Assembly (NCBI GenBank): GCA_902493585.1
Contig: CABUPZ010000003.1
Location: 19,288-83,287, forward strand
Length of the DNA: 64,000 bases
Reading direction: 5' to 3'
Source of the DNA: an uncultured Fusicatenibacter sp.
GTDB taxonomy: Bacteria > Bacillota > Clostridia > Lachnospirales > Lachnospiraceae
How positions within the stretch are numbered: position 1 is the stretch's first letter; every line of letters starts with the position of its first letter. Below are positions 39,955 to 49,375 of the stretch, piece by piece. Below the pieces are notes generated by a model. That model made no database searches, had not been told where the DNA came from, and was given only the letters and a program-made list of their open reading frames with translations. Position numbers and translations under genes: made by a program.

Positions 39955-42240
39955 ATGATTGAATTACTGAAAACAGGAGCATATCTGGTAAACGGTACAC
40001 AGGTAATTCCGGATACGGAAGATGGAAGAGCAGAGCTGAAGGCCGTTACAGGCGCTGTCCAAGATCCAAAAGAAGCGGCAAAAGAAACCATCGCCTACGG
40101 AATTCTGAAGGAGCACAATACCTCCGGAAATATGGAAAATCTGGAGATCCGCTTTGACAAGCTGACCTCTCATGATATCACATTTGTCGGTATTATCCAG
40201 ACTGCGAGAGCGTCAGGGCTGGAGAGATTCCCGATGCCGTACGTTCTGACCAACTGCCACAATTCTCTTTGCGCGGTTGGCGGCACGATCAATGAAGATG
40301 ACCATATGTTTGGACTGACCTGTGCAAAAAAATACGGCGGGGGTTATGTACCGCCGCACCAGGCAGTTATCCATCAGTATGCCCGTGAGATGCTGGCAGG
40401 CGGAGGAAAGATGATCCTCGGTTCTGATTCTCATACTCGTTACGGAGCGCTGGGAACCATGGCGGTCGGCGAGGGCGGACCGGAGCTGGTAAAACAGCTT
40501 CTGAACAAGACGTATGATATTGCGATGCCGGGAGTGATCGGCATTTACATGACCGGAGCGCCGCAGCCGGGTGTCGGTCCGCAGGATATTGCACTGGCAA
40601 TTATCGGAGCAGTCTTTGCCAACGGTTATGTAAAGAATAAAGTCATGGAATTCGTGGGACCGGGCGTTGCGTCCCTGAGCGCAGACTACCGTATCGGCGT
40701 GGATGTTATGACCACGGAAACCACCTGTCTGTCCTCCATCTGGAGAACGGACGATGAGATCCGCAAGTTTTATGAGATCCACGGAAGAAGCGGCGATTAC
40801 AAGGAACTGAATCCTGGAACTGTCGCTTATTACGACGGTATGGTGATGGTAGAACTGGATAAGATCAAACCGATGATTGCGATGCCCTTCCACCCGAGCA
40901 ACGTTTACACCATCGACGAACTGAATGAAAATCTCATGGATATTCTGAACGATGTGGAAGAAAAGGCCAAAGTAAGCCTGGACGGAAAGGTTCCGTTCAC
41001 ATTGAAGAACAAAGTACACAACGGCAGACTGCTGGTGGATCAGGGTATCATCGCCGGATGTGCCGGCGGCGGATTTGAGAATATCTGTGACGCGGCGGAT
41101 ATCCTGCGGGGACACAGCATTGGATATGATGCGTTTACGCTGAGTGTCTATCCGGCAAGTACGCCGATTTATATGGAACTGGCGAGAAACGGAAGGCTGG
41201 CAGATCTGATGGAGACCGGAGCTGTGGTCAAGACGGCGTTCTGTGGTCCGTGCTTTGGCGCAGGAGATACTCCGGCGAACAATGCGTTCTCCATCCGCCA
41301 TTCCACCAGAAACTTCCCGAACCGTGAAGGTTCCAAGATCCAGAATGGACAGATTTCCTCGGTAGCACTGATGGATGCCCGTTCCATCGCGGCGACAGCA
41401 GCCAATCAGGGATATCTGACTTCTGCGACAGAGTTTACCGGAACGTATACGAAACCGACCTATCATTTTGACAAGACCATTTATGAGAACCGTGTGTTTG
41501 ACAGCAAGGGCGTTGCGGACCCATCCGTTGAGATTCAGTTTGGACCGAATATCAAAGACTGGCCGTCTATGCCGGCGCTGACAGACCATCTCGTTCTGAA
41601 AGTAGTTTCCGAGATCCATGATCCGGTTACCACGACGGATGAACTGATCCCGTCCGGTGAGACTTCTTCCTTCCGTTCCAATCCACTGGGTCTGGCAGAA
41701 TTTGCCCTTTCCAGAAAGGATCCGGCTTATGTCGGACGTGCCAAGGAAGTCCAGAAAGCACAGAAAGCCATTGAGGCAGGGGAGTGTCCGGAGAAAGCGC
41801 TTCCGGAGCTTGCTCCTGTGATCGAGACGATCCGTGCGAATTATCCGGCTCTGGATAAGAATTTCGGTGTCGGTTCCACCATCTTTGCGGTGAAGCCAGG
41901 CGACGGCTCCGCCCGTGAGCAGGCTGCTTCCTGCCAGAAGGTACTGGGCGGATGGGCAAATATCGCCAATGAGTACGCAACAAAACGGTATCGTTCCAAC
42001 CTGATCAACTGGGGAATGCTCCCGTTCCTGATCCCGGAAGGCGAGCTGCCGTTCAAAAACGGAGATTACCTGTTTGTACCGGAAATCAGAAAAGCAGTTG
42101 AGGAGAAAGCAGAGAGCATTCAGGCATATGTGGTTGCCGGAAAAGAACTGAAACCGTTTGAACTGAAGCTTGGCGCGCTGACGGACGATGAGAGGGAGAT
42201 CATTCTGAAAGGCTGCCTGATCAATTACTACCGCGGATAG
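39955..42240 (+). CDS. aconitase-family hydratase (YbhJ-like)
   Basis: [51 protein letters not shown]. Confidence 0.9.
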   Translation: MIELLKTGAYLVNGTQVIPDTEDGRAELKAVTGAVQDPKEAAKETIAYGILKEHNTSGNMENLEIRFDKLTSHDITFVGIIQTARASGLERFPMPYVLTNCHNSLCAVGGTINEDDHMFGLTCAKKYGGGYVPPHQAVIHQYAREMLAGGGKMILGSDSHTRYGALGTMAVGEGGPELVKQLLNKTYDIAMPGVIGIYMTGAPQPGVGPQDIALAIIGAVFANGYVKNKVMEFVGPGVASLSADYRIGVDVMTTETTCLSSIWRTDDEIRKFYEIHGRSGDYKELNPGTVAYYDGMVMVELDKIKPMIAMPFHPSNVYTIDELNENLMDILNDVEEKAKVSLDGKVPFTLKNKVHNGRLLVDQGIIAGCAGGGFENICDAADILRGHSIGYDAFTLSVYPASTPIYMELARNGRLADLMETGAVVKTAFCGPCFGAGDTPANNAFSIRHSTRNFPNREGSKIQNGQISSVALMDARSIAATAANQGYLTSATEFTGTYTKPTYHFDKTIYENRVFDSKGVADPSVEIQFGPNIKDWPSMPALTDHLVLKVVSEIHDPVTTTDELIPSGETSSFRSNPLGLAEFALSRKDPAYVGRAKEVQKAQKAIEAGECPEKALPELAPVIETIRANYPALDKNFGVGSTIFAVKPGDGSAREQAASCQKVLGGWANIANEYATKRYRSNLINWGMLPFLIPEGELPFKNGDYLFVPEIRKAVEEKAESIQAYVVAGKELKPFELKLGALTDDEREIILKGCLINYYRG

Positions 42241-42252
42241 TGGCAAAAAAAG

Positions 42253-42408
42253 ATGATTCGGAGTAACTATTCAGCCCGGTATGCGCATTTACCGCGCAGA
42301 CTGCATGAAAACGTAGTGCCTGTGGGCATCCGCCCAATGGCGAAGCGATTTTTCATGGGCGGATGCCGTAACCGTTCAGCTGGCTGAACGGTTACGATTT
42401 GGAATCAT
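42253..42408. mobile_element. composite fold-back element (MITE/REP-cluster-like)
   Basis: ATGATTC...GAATCAT ends; half palindrome GTAACTATTCAGC at 42263; inner GGCATCCGCCCA/TGGGCGGATGCC stem; perfect-armed 28-mer GTAACCGTTCAGCTGGCTGAACGGTTAC at 42368-42395. Confidence 0.5.
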
Positions 42409-42438
42409 GTACTCCCACAGATATAAGACGAAGAAGAC

Positions 42439-42475
42439 AAAGGGGCATACACCATTTTGGGTGTATGTCCCTTTT
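42439..42475 (+). terminator. intrinsic terminator downstream of hydratase
   Basis: aaaggggcatacacc...ggtgtatgtccctttt. Confidence 0.7.
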
Positions 42476-42653
42476 CTATAGAAAGGAGTGTCTGCGCTTT
42501 TGGCTTGTACACTGGCAAAAGCATTCTGCTGGCTTTGCCTCTGGTGTACCAGAAATAATTATCTGAAAATAAATGAAAATAAAAATAATTATAACACTAA
42601 AATATTCAGAAGATTTAGAAATTAAAAAATAATAAAATCATAGCAAAAATGTG

Positions 42654-42682
42654 TTGACAAATAGGACGCTGTCTGTTATTAT
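42654..42682 (+). promoter_or_regulatory. strong sigma-A promoter with UP element and extended -10
   Basis: TTGACA(42654)-N17-TATTAT(42677) with TG at 42674-75, A/T-rich tract upstream. Confidence 0.8.
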
Positions 42683-42688
42683 AAAATC

Positions 42689-43708
42689 ACAAACAAACAA
42701 GAGATAAAAACAAAGCAAAACCTGTAAAAGCAAAACTCTTTCTGAAAGGTAAATAAATCACCTGAATTTTTCAGAGAATCAGGTATCCGGGTTAACGGTG
42801 TAAGTTCTCACGGAACAACGATTAGAAAAAGAAAGGGGAAATAGAATACCGACGCACCATTTTCAGGGAATGAGACGAGAAATCATCCTTAGAAGAATGG
42901 GAAAGGAAAGAGAAGATTCTTTACCACAAAGAATCGGAGACAGGAAATAAGGACAAGGAGGCAAGGTCCAATGGGAAATGAAGCATCTACCAATCAATAT
43001 GAGAGTGGTATTGCATAGCAGTTCCCCGCAAGAAATACCTTTTATCAGGATTGTAAAGAAATGAAAAGTCATAAATGGATGATTCAGAAGGGAGAAAGGC
43101 ATCTGATTAATTATCGGGAGATAATCGAAGATGAGGAATAACCGGAAGAAAAGTTCCAGAAAAATATGACAAACAAGAAAGGATAGAAGGTCATTACGAT
43201 AGCTGGCACTCATATTGAGCAGATACCACAAATAATATCAGGATTCCGGAGATTGTGTAAAGAAACAATCAAAAGAAAAATATCTTATTTATATCAGTTG
43301 GAAATTTCTAAAGAGAAGTATAAAGGTAAGTGATTCAAAGAAAGAAACCAGAAATGGGAGAAATCGGAGGATCGGCAAGCCGGAATTAATGCTTTGATGA
43401 CAGAGAAATGAAAAGGACGTATAAATAAAATATTTTGAACATATACAGAATGTGAATGGTATATGATGAAACCGATATTATAAAGAAAAAAGATTCGTAG
43501 AAATTTCTAAGTAAGAGAGGAACCGGAATGGAGAATCTTACGAGGTCGGGAATAAAAAAATAAAACAAAAAGCGGAAGGCACTTTTTCATAGAATCGATG
43601 TCAACCGATAGAAAACAAGAAAGTTGAGAAGAAAAAATTGAATAAAGAAGAGAATTAGAACGGCCGTTGTATCAGATGAAGATGTTGGTATGACGGTCGT
43701 TCCTTTTT
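42689..43708 (+). ncRNA. candidate ~1.0-kb purine-rich non-coding RNA (unknown class)
   Basis: Own promoter and terminator; no + strand ORF of 60 aa or more; strongly A/G-skewed; many short hairpins. Confidence 0.5.
43658..43708 (+). terminator. intrinsic terminator closing the candidate ncRNA
   Basis: gaacggccgttgtatca...tggtatgacggtcgttc followed by cttttt. Confidence 0.75.
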
Positions 43709-43789
43709 GTCTGTTCGGAAGATGAAAAGTATGATATACTACTGAAAGTGTGTTTGACAGAAAAATGAAACAGGATGCGGGAGGTTGCT

Positions 43790-44512
43790 GTGAAAAGAGG
43801 ATTTTCAAAGGAAGATATCCTGATGGAGGATGAAGATATTCTTGTTGTTCATAAGCACGCAGGGATGGCGGTACAGAGTGCCAGGTTCGGGCATATGGAT
43901 CTGGAACATGAACTTTTGAATTATCTGGCAGTCAGTCAGGGATATAGGGGAAGGCAGATGCCGTATCTGGCGGTGATCCATCGGCTGGATCAGCCGGTAG
44001 AAGGAATCCTGGTGTTTGGAAAGACGCCGCAGGCTGCCAGAAAACTAAATGAAGCCATGCAGAAAGACCGGATGGAAAAAATTTATCTGGCGGTGGCGGA
44101 TGGAAAACCTGAGCTCATGGAAGGAAAATTGGTGGATTACCTGAAAAAAGACGGAGGGACAAACCGTTCAGAAGTGGTGGGTAAAGATACGCCGGGAGCG
44201 AAGAGGGCGGAGCTGTCGTATCGGGTGCTGGAAACTTCCAAAGGTCCGGAAGGGATACGTTCTCTGGTTCGGATCCGTCTGAAAACGGGCCGGCATCATC
44301 AGATCCGGGTGCAGATGGCGCATGCCGGAATGCCTTTGTGCGGAGACGGCAAGTATCATCCTGCGGCAGGGAGCGAAAGAGGCGACGATGGGTTGGCTTT
44401 GTGCGCCTGCAGTCTCTCCTTTGTGCATCCGCGGACTGGGAAAAGGCTCCAGTTTCGGGTTTCTCCTGAGGGCAACGCTTTTTCGCGATTTTCTGATGGG
44501 AGCCAGAAGTAA
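43790..44512 (+). CDS. RluA-family pseudouridine synthase
   Basis: VHKHAG, IHRLDQPVEG, KTGRHHQIRVQMA, GDGKY; own TGnTATACT at 43732-43740. Confidence 0.93.
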   Translation: MKRGFSKEDILMEDEDILVVHKHAGMAVQSARFGHMDLEHELLNYLAVSQGYRGRQMPYLAVIHRLDQPVEGILVFGKTPQAARKLNEAMQKDRMEKIYLAVADGKPELMEGKLVDYLKKDGGTNRSEVVGKDTPGAKRAELSYRVLETSKGPEGIRSLVRIRLKTGRHHQIRVQMAHAGMPLCGDGKYHPAAGSERGDDGLALCACSLSFVHPRTGKRLQFRVSPEGNAFSRFSDGSQK

Positions 44513-44655
44513 AGCTCAAAAAGTAAGAAAAAAATCATAAATTTTTCACAGAAATCCTAACAAAGGGGTATAGACTAATTCTTCTGTTTGTGTATAATAA
44601 AAGGGATGTAACATTTTTGTAAAAAATGGGTAGAAACAAAGAAAAGGTGGAAGGG

Positions 44656-45870
44656 ATGAAACGTAAGATAGCAGGAATTTTACTGGCAGGTCTTTTGGCT
44701 TTTTCTGGTACCGGATGTGCACAGAACGGAGAAGCAGCAGAGAATTCATCATCCGTTTCAAATAGCCAAAGCGTCAGTGAAAGTACATCAAACAGTCAGA
44801 GTGTCAGTGAAAGTATATCGAATAGTCAAAGCGTCGAGAGTACGTCAGGTGTATCGGGAGAGAGCACCACAACACCAACGCCGACGGAGACCGAGAAGAA
44901 GGAGAGAATTCAGGTCAGCATTCCGCAGAAAGAAGGAATGCAGGCTGACTACACTTCTGTAGAAGGAATCCAGCTTGCGCCGGGCAGTTATCTGGCAGTG
45001 GTCGCGAAAGATATGGATACCGACTATTGGAAAGCGGTGAAAGCAGGGGCTCAGCAGGCGATCAATGAGCTGAATACTGCATTGAATTATACCGGCGAGG
45101 ATAAGATCACCATGACATTCGAAGGAACTGCAGATTCTTCCGATGCGGAAGAGCAGAGCAATACCATCGATCTGGTCATTTCTGAAAATCCGGCAGCCCT
45201 GTGTCTGGGAATCATTGATATGCAGACCTGCAAGACGCAGCTGGAGATGGCAGCGGAGAATGGAATTCCGGTGATCATTGTGGATTCCGGCGTGGACAGC
45301 GATCTGATCAACTCGTTTTGTGGAATCGACAACCGTGCCGCCGGAGCGGAAGCGGCAAGAAAGCTTTGCGAAGCCATCGGTGACGCCGGGGAAATCGCCA
45401 TTGTGGCGCATGAGAGTACGACACAGACCAGCATCGAACGCGTGGAAGGATTTTCTGAGGAAATAGCTCAGAACCATCCGAATGTGACAATTGTGCAGAC
45501 GGGATACAGTGATGGAGAGCAGGAAATTTCAGCGCTGGTTGAAGGAATGCTGCAGCAGTATCCGCAGTTAAAAGGCGTTTTTTGCACCAACCAGCAGGTT
45601 TCCAATGAGACGCTGGCAGTTCTGGAAACAAAGGAAACTGCAGTAAAGATGGTAGGATTTGATTACAGTGAAGAGCAGGCAGAGGCGATCGCCGGTGGGC
45701 AGCAGTATGGAACGGTCAGTCAGAATCCGTATAGTCTCGGCTATGCGATGATTGTGGCAGCGGCGAGAGCAGCGGCGGGAATGACAAACGATGCTTTTAT
45801 TGATGCAGGGTATCAGTGGATGGATCAGACCAATGTCTTATCGGAGGAACTGGCGATCTACAGATATTAG
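44656..45870 (+). CDS. orphan RbsB-like sugar-binding lipoprotein
   Basis: Lipobox-like GTGC, YWKAVKAGA, IPVIIVDSG, RVEGF, VGFD, QNPY; no adjacent permease. Confidence 0.85.
   Translation: MKRKIAGILLAGLLAFSGTGCAQNGEAAENSSSVSNSQSVSESTSNSQSVSESISNSQSVESTSGVSGESTTTPTPTETEKKERIQVSIPQKEGMQADYTSVEGIQLAPGSYLAVVAKDMDTDYWKAVKAGAQQAINELNTALNYTGEDKITMTFEGTADSSDAEEQSNTIDLVISENPAALCLGIIDMQTCKTQLEMAAENGIPVIIVDSGVDSDLINSFCGIDNRAAGAEAARKLCEAIGDAGEIAIVAHESTTQTSIERVEGFSEEIAQNHPNVTIVQTGYSDGEQEISALVEGMLQQYPQLKGVFCTNQQVSNETLAVLETKETAVKMVGFDYSEEQAEAIAGGQQYGTVSQNPYSLGYAMIVAAARAAAGMTNDAFIDAGYQWMDQTNVLSEELAIYRY
44758..44844 (+). repeat. 3 x ~30-bp coding tandem repeat (SNSQSVSES-T/I)
   Basis: tcaaatagccaaagcgtcagtgaaagtaca / tcaaacagtcagagtgtcagtgaaagtata / tcgaatagtcaaagcgtcgagagtacg. 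Confidence 0.85.
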
Positions 45871-45980
45871 TACTGCAGTAGGTCTGCAGTTTGCTGCAGG
45901 ATCATACAGAAAAGGAAATACATAGCAGTAAAATAGAAAGTTCCGGAAATCCGAAATATGGAGATGCGGGATAAGGTCAT

Positions 45981-46030
45981 AGAAAAGGCTGATGCAAAAT
46001 GAAGCTTGGCATTTTGCATCAGCCTTTTCT
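45981..46030. terminator. bidirectional terminator
   Basis: agaaaaggctgatgcaaaatg...cattttgcatcagccttttct. Confidence 0.85.
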
Positions 46031-46047
46031 GTGCCTTTTTCTATTTA

Positions 46048-47124
46048 TCACAATTCGTCGGTGTGTTCCTGCGAATCGCGGTAGATTTCCTGTACTTCTG
46101 CGGAAATCTGCTGGCGGATCTCGGACAGATCAGGTTCTGCGGAAACAGAACGGGGATCCGGGATCGGACGGGTATCGCCGGCAGCAGGAGCAGTATTCTC
46201 TGCAGGTTCCGGGACAGGAGCAGGCTCCGGTCTTGGGGATCTGCGCACCGAACGTTCCAGGAGTTCTTCTTCTTCCTCCTCATCTGCGTCATCCGGTTCT
46301 TCCGGGACAAAACGGAAATCGTACATGGTATTCTGAGATACCTTTGTACGGCGGCTGGATGAACCGCCTCTGGAGGAACTGTGACCGGAGGAACGGCGGG
46401 ATTTCTTTTTCTTTTTCCGTTTTCCGGAAGTGCGGGAAGAGACGTTTCGGGAAGGGGTTCTGGATCCGCGGTGCTGTTTTCGGCTCCGACGGTAGTTTTC
46501 CTCTTCTTCTTCGTCCTCTTCCTGATAGCCGCGGTCCTTCCATGGTTTGAACTGGAAGATCATGCCAAGAGCGGCAAGGACCAGTACGATGATCCACATG
46601 ACAAGATCGTAGTCTGTCTGTTTGAGATCATAAGCGAGGGTGACGGCTGTGAGCGCTCCGCATACGCTGGTGATCAGGGTAACCGTGATCCGTTCAAAGG
46701 GAACGCCGATCAGTGCAACCACGAACGCGATCGCGCCGAGGAACAGCAGCATGATCAGATCCTGTGGATTCAGCAGTTTGAAAAGCGAAAAGCCCAGAAA
46801 TCCGATGATCAGGAAAAAGGTTCCGATCCGATAGAGCAGCAGCGCCAGCAGTCCGAAAATAAGACCAAGCCCCAGCGTCACGCCAAGGGTCATATTTCGG
46901 CTCTGATCGGTATAGGAAGCCAGAAGCATTCCGCCGGAAGCGCCGATGGCAAAGCCAAGCAGGACACTCCAGACTTTTCGGAGTGTATATCCGAAGAAGC
47001 AGTTCAGCAGGGCGAAGACGGCTGCTGCGATAATAAGAAAGGTTCCGTATTCTGTCAGAAGGTTTTTCAGGGTATCGAATTTATCCAGAAGGGCGTACAA
47101 GGTGTCAATGGAAATGTTTTGCAT
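46048..47124 (-). CDS. multi-pass membrane protein (DUF4203/TMEM198-like) with long disordered charged tail
   Basis: LNCFFGY..GF..G pattern, about 7 TM, LGMIFQ, then E-rich and R/K/S-rich tail; AAGGAAGG RBS before ATG 47124. Confidence 0.7.
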   Translation of the reverse strand: MQNISIDTLYALLDKFDTLKNLLTEYGTFLIIAAAVFALLNCFFGYTLRKVWSVLLGFAIGASGGMLLASYTDQSRNMTLGVTLGLGLIFGLLALLLYRIGTFFLIIGFLGFSLFKLLNPQDLIMLLFLGAIAFVVALIGVPFERITVTLITSVCGALTAVTLAYDLKQTDYDLVMWIIVLVLAALGMIFQFKPWKDRGYQEEDEEEEENYRRSRKQHRGSRTPSRNVSSRTSGKRKKKKKSRRSSGHSSSRGGSSSRRTKVSQNTMYDFRFVPEEPDDADEEEEEELLERSVRRSPRPEPAPVPEPAENTAPAAGDTRPIPDPRSVSAEPDLSEIRQQISAEVQEIYRDSQEHTDEL

Positions 47125-47319
47125 AGGGATATCATCCTTCCTTTTTCTAAAATCCATGTAAAGTACAGGTAGATTTTAGTACGGGGCGTGCAATTTTGCA
47201 AGTGCGTTCACGATTTTTTAAGATTTTATTTTTGTTTCACTGTTTGCTGAGAATCGCTTTTTGTCGTTATGTATGAAAGGAATATTGAGGCGGAATCAAT
47301 TTTGAGATCTTTGTCAGGA

Positions 47320-47345
47320 ACGTTTCCGGGAAAGAAGCATATGGT
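47320..47345 (+). promoter_or_regulatory. possible mother-cell sporulation (SigK/SigE-like) promoter
   Basis: AC-N16-CATATGGT matches AC-N16-CATAnnnT. Confidence 0.4.
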
Positions 47346-47360
47346 ATAGGAAAGACGGAA

Positions 47361-47759
47361 GTGGAGCAGTCTATGTATAATGAGAAGCCGATGCCATTGT
47401 ATATGCCCGGTTCCATGTCTCTTGAAAAGGAAAGAGATGAGGCAATGGAGCGGGAGTGGAAAATCCTGAAATCCTGGTATTCCGGGGAAATCCTGCAGGT
47501 GCAGGAAGCGGTGGAGCGGGCCTGTGATGAGCTGGATTATGAGGGGAGCTGGCTCTATGACGAGTATCCGGACCGCGGAAGAATGGAAGAGATGCAGGAG
47601 AAAATACAGAGGGAACTGGAGCCGGACGGGGAGGCTGCTGTGGAAGTGGAAGAGCGGAGAAGAAGGAGGCGGGGAGACAGTCTGCTGAAAGTTCTCCTTT
47701 CCAATGAAATTTTTCGCAGACGATGCAGAAACAGGAACTGCCGCCGGCATTTCTGGTAA
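47361..47759 (+). CDS. hypothetical protein, possibly sporulation-related
   Basis: CDELDYEGSWLYDEYPDR..LLSNEIFRRR; start 47361 (GTG) or 47373; SigK-like promoter upstream. Confidence 0.7.
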   Translation: MEQSMYNEKPMPLYMPGSMSLEKERDEAMEREWKILKSWYSGEILQVQEAVERACDELDYEGSWLYDEYPDRGRMEEMQEKIQRELEPDGEAAVEVEERRRRRRGDSLLKVLLSNEIFRRRCRNRNCRRHFW

Positions 47760-47951
47760 GTGACGGTTCCGGAAGCGCTGGATCGCGGGAAATTATGCTT
47801 TACGCAATAGATTTTTAATAATTTTGTGGTTGAGGTTTTTTGCCAAAACTATTACAATAACAATGTAATTGAAAATATTATGTAAATTTTCGCTGTGCTT
47901 CGCGGATGATGGAACTGTTTTGTTGGCGGAAAGGCTGCCGCGAAGTGCTTT

Positions 47952-47979
47952 GTAACTGTTCAGATGGGTGAGCTGTTAC
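47952..47979. repeat. 28-bp REP-like palindrome copy
   Basis: GTAACTGTTCAGATGGGTGAGCTGTTAC. Confidence 0.7.
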
Positions 47980-48208
47980 TGTGTTTTCGTGCAGAAAAAT
48001 GATTTGATTTGGTTTGGGGCGACAATTGCATTTTTATACAGTCTGCTTTTCAAGAAGAGGCAGAGGATGAAATAGAAACAGAAAGAACAGATAAAAAGAA
48101 TGAGTCTGGTACACCGAATATCAGTATTCGATGTACCAGAGGATCGGAGAGTGTCTGAGAATCGACGGAAGGCTCAGGCGCATTCCGGGGGAAATATGGA
48201 GAGTATAA

Positions 48209-49375
48209 ATGGATTTAAATAGATTATTAGAACGTGAAGTGGGACTTTCCCTGCACCGGATTTTGATCAGTGGGAAGAAATCGGAGGAAGGTCCGTCAAA
48301 AATCAGGATCCGCCCGGTGCAGTTGAAAGGGGAATTGTATTTTCAGTGCCAGGAAACGAGAGGCACGAAGGAGTTTCATAAGAATCTGAAGAAAGAAGAA
48401 CTGATCGAACAGATTATGAGTTGGATGGCGCAGGATTTCAAGCAGCTTCAGCTGGAATCCGCCAATGGCATGGGAACGGTTCTTGTGAGCAAGAAGGGTA
48501 AAGTGACCGTGAAATGGAAGGCATGCATGAACGGTACAGGGCAGACGCTGGAAGCGCTGGCCCATAACCGGAAAAAGAAGTATATCCTGGAAGAGGGAAA
48601 GCCGGTGGCGTTCCTGTGTGATCTGGGTGTTATGACACCGGAAGGCAGGATCGTGCATGCAAAATATGATAAATTCCGGCAGATCAACCGGTTCCTTGAG
48701 TTTATTGAGGATATTCTGCCGAAACTGCCAAAGGACAGGGAGATTACGATTCTGGATTTCGGATGCGGGAAATCCTATCTGACCTTTGCGATGTATTATT
48801 ATTTTCGTGAGCTGAAGAATCTGGATGTGCGGATCATCGGCCTGGATCTGAAGGAGGACGTGATCGAGACGTGCAACGGACTGGCGGTTCGCTATGGATT
48901 TGAAAAGCTGAAGTTTTATCAGGGAGATATCGCGTCGTTTACCGGGGAATCGAAGGTGGACATGGTTGTGACGCTCCACGCCTGCGATACGGCTACCGAT
49001 TTTGCCCTGGCAAAGGCGGTCGCCTGGGGTGCGGAAGTGATCCTTTCGGTTCCGTGCTGCCAGCATGAACTGAACCGGCAGATTCAGTGTGAGGAGCTGG
49101 AGCCGGTGCTCAAGTATGGGATTTTGAAGGAGCGTATGGCGGCGCTTGTGACGGATGGACTGCGTGCAGAGTTTCTGGAGCATGCGGGATATGAAACGCA
49201 GATCCTGGAATTTATCGATATGGAACATACGCCGAAGAATCTGCTGATCCGGGCTGTGAAAAAGCGTGAGGCGGGCAAAGATCTGCCGGACGAGCTGAAG
49301 AAATGCATGGGATTTCTGCACGTACAGCCGACGCTGGCATCCCTTCTTACAGATAAGGAGGGGGACGGATGCTGA
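48209..49375 (+). CDS. SAM-dependent methyltransferase
   Basis: ILDFGCGKSYLTF, LHACDTATD, VPCCQHE, HTPKN. Confidence 0.9.
   Translation: MDLNRLLEREVGLSLHRILISGKKSEEGPSKIRIRPVQLKGELYFQCQETRGTKEFHKNLKKEELIEQIMSWMAQDFKQLQLESANGMGTVLVSKKGKVTVKWKACMNGTGQTLEALAHNRKKKYILEEGKPVAFLCDLGVMTPEGRIVHAKYDKFRQINRFLEFIEDILPKLPKDREITILDFGCGKSYLTFAMYYYFRELKNLDVRIIGLDLKEDVIETCNGLAVRYGFEKLKFYQGDIASFTGESKVDMVVTLHACDTATDFALAKAVAWGAEVILSVPCCQHELNRQIQCEELEPVLKYGILKERMAALVTDGLRAEFLEHAGYETQILEFIDMEHTPKNLLIRAVKKREAGKDLPDELKKCMGFLHVQPTLASLLTDKEGDGC

Noticed and set aside
40213..42246. Long antisense ORFs (also 29812-31620, 16954-18489, 49084-50463, 20901-21995)
   Set aside because: Shadows of well-supported genes on the opposite strand, caused by codon bias; no motifs.
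42700..42830. c-di-GMP-I or other known riboswitch at the 5' end of the candidate RNA
   Set aside because: GCAAAAC/GAAA words are present, but I could not build the conserved P1/P2 architecture by eye; needs cmscan.
42863..43808. Minus-strand ORFs of 122, 60 and 73 aa in the long intergenic region
   Set aside because: F/L/I/S-rich products expected from the complement of A/G-rich DNA; no RBS or recognisable motif; promoter and terminator point the other way.
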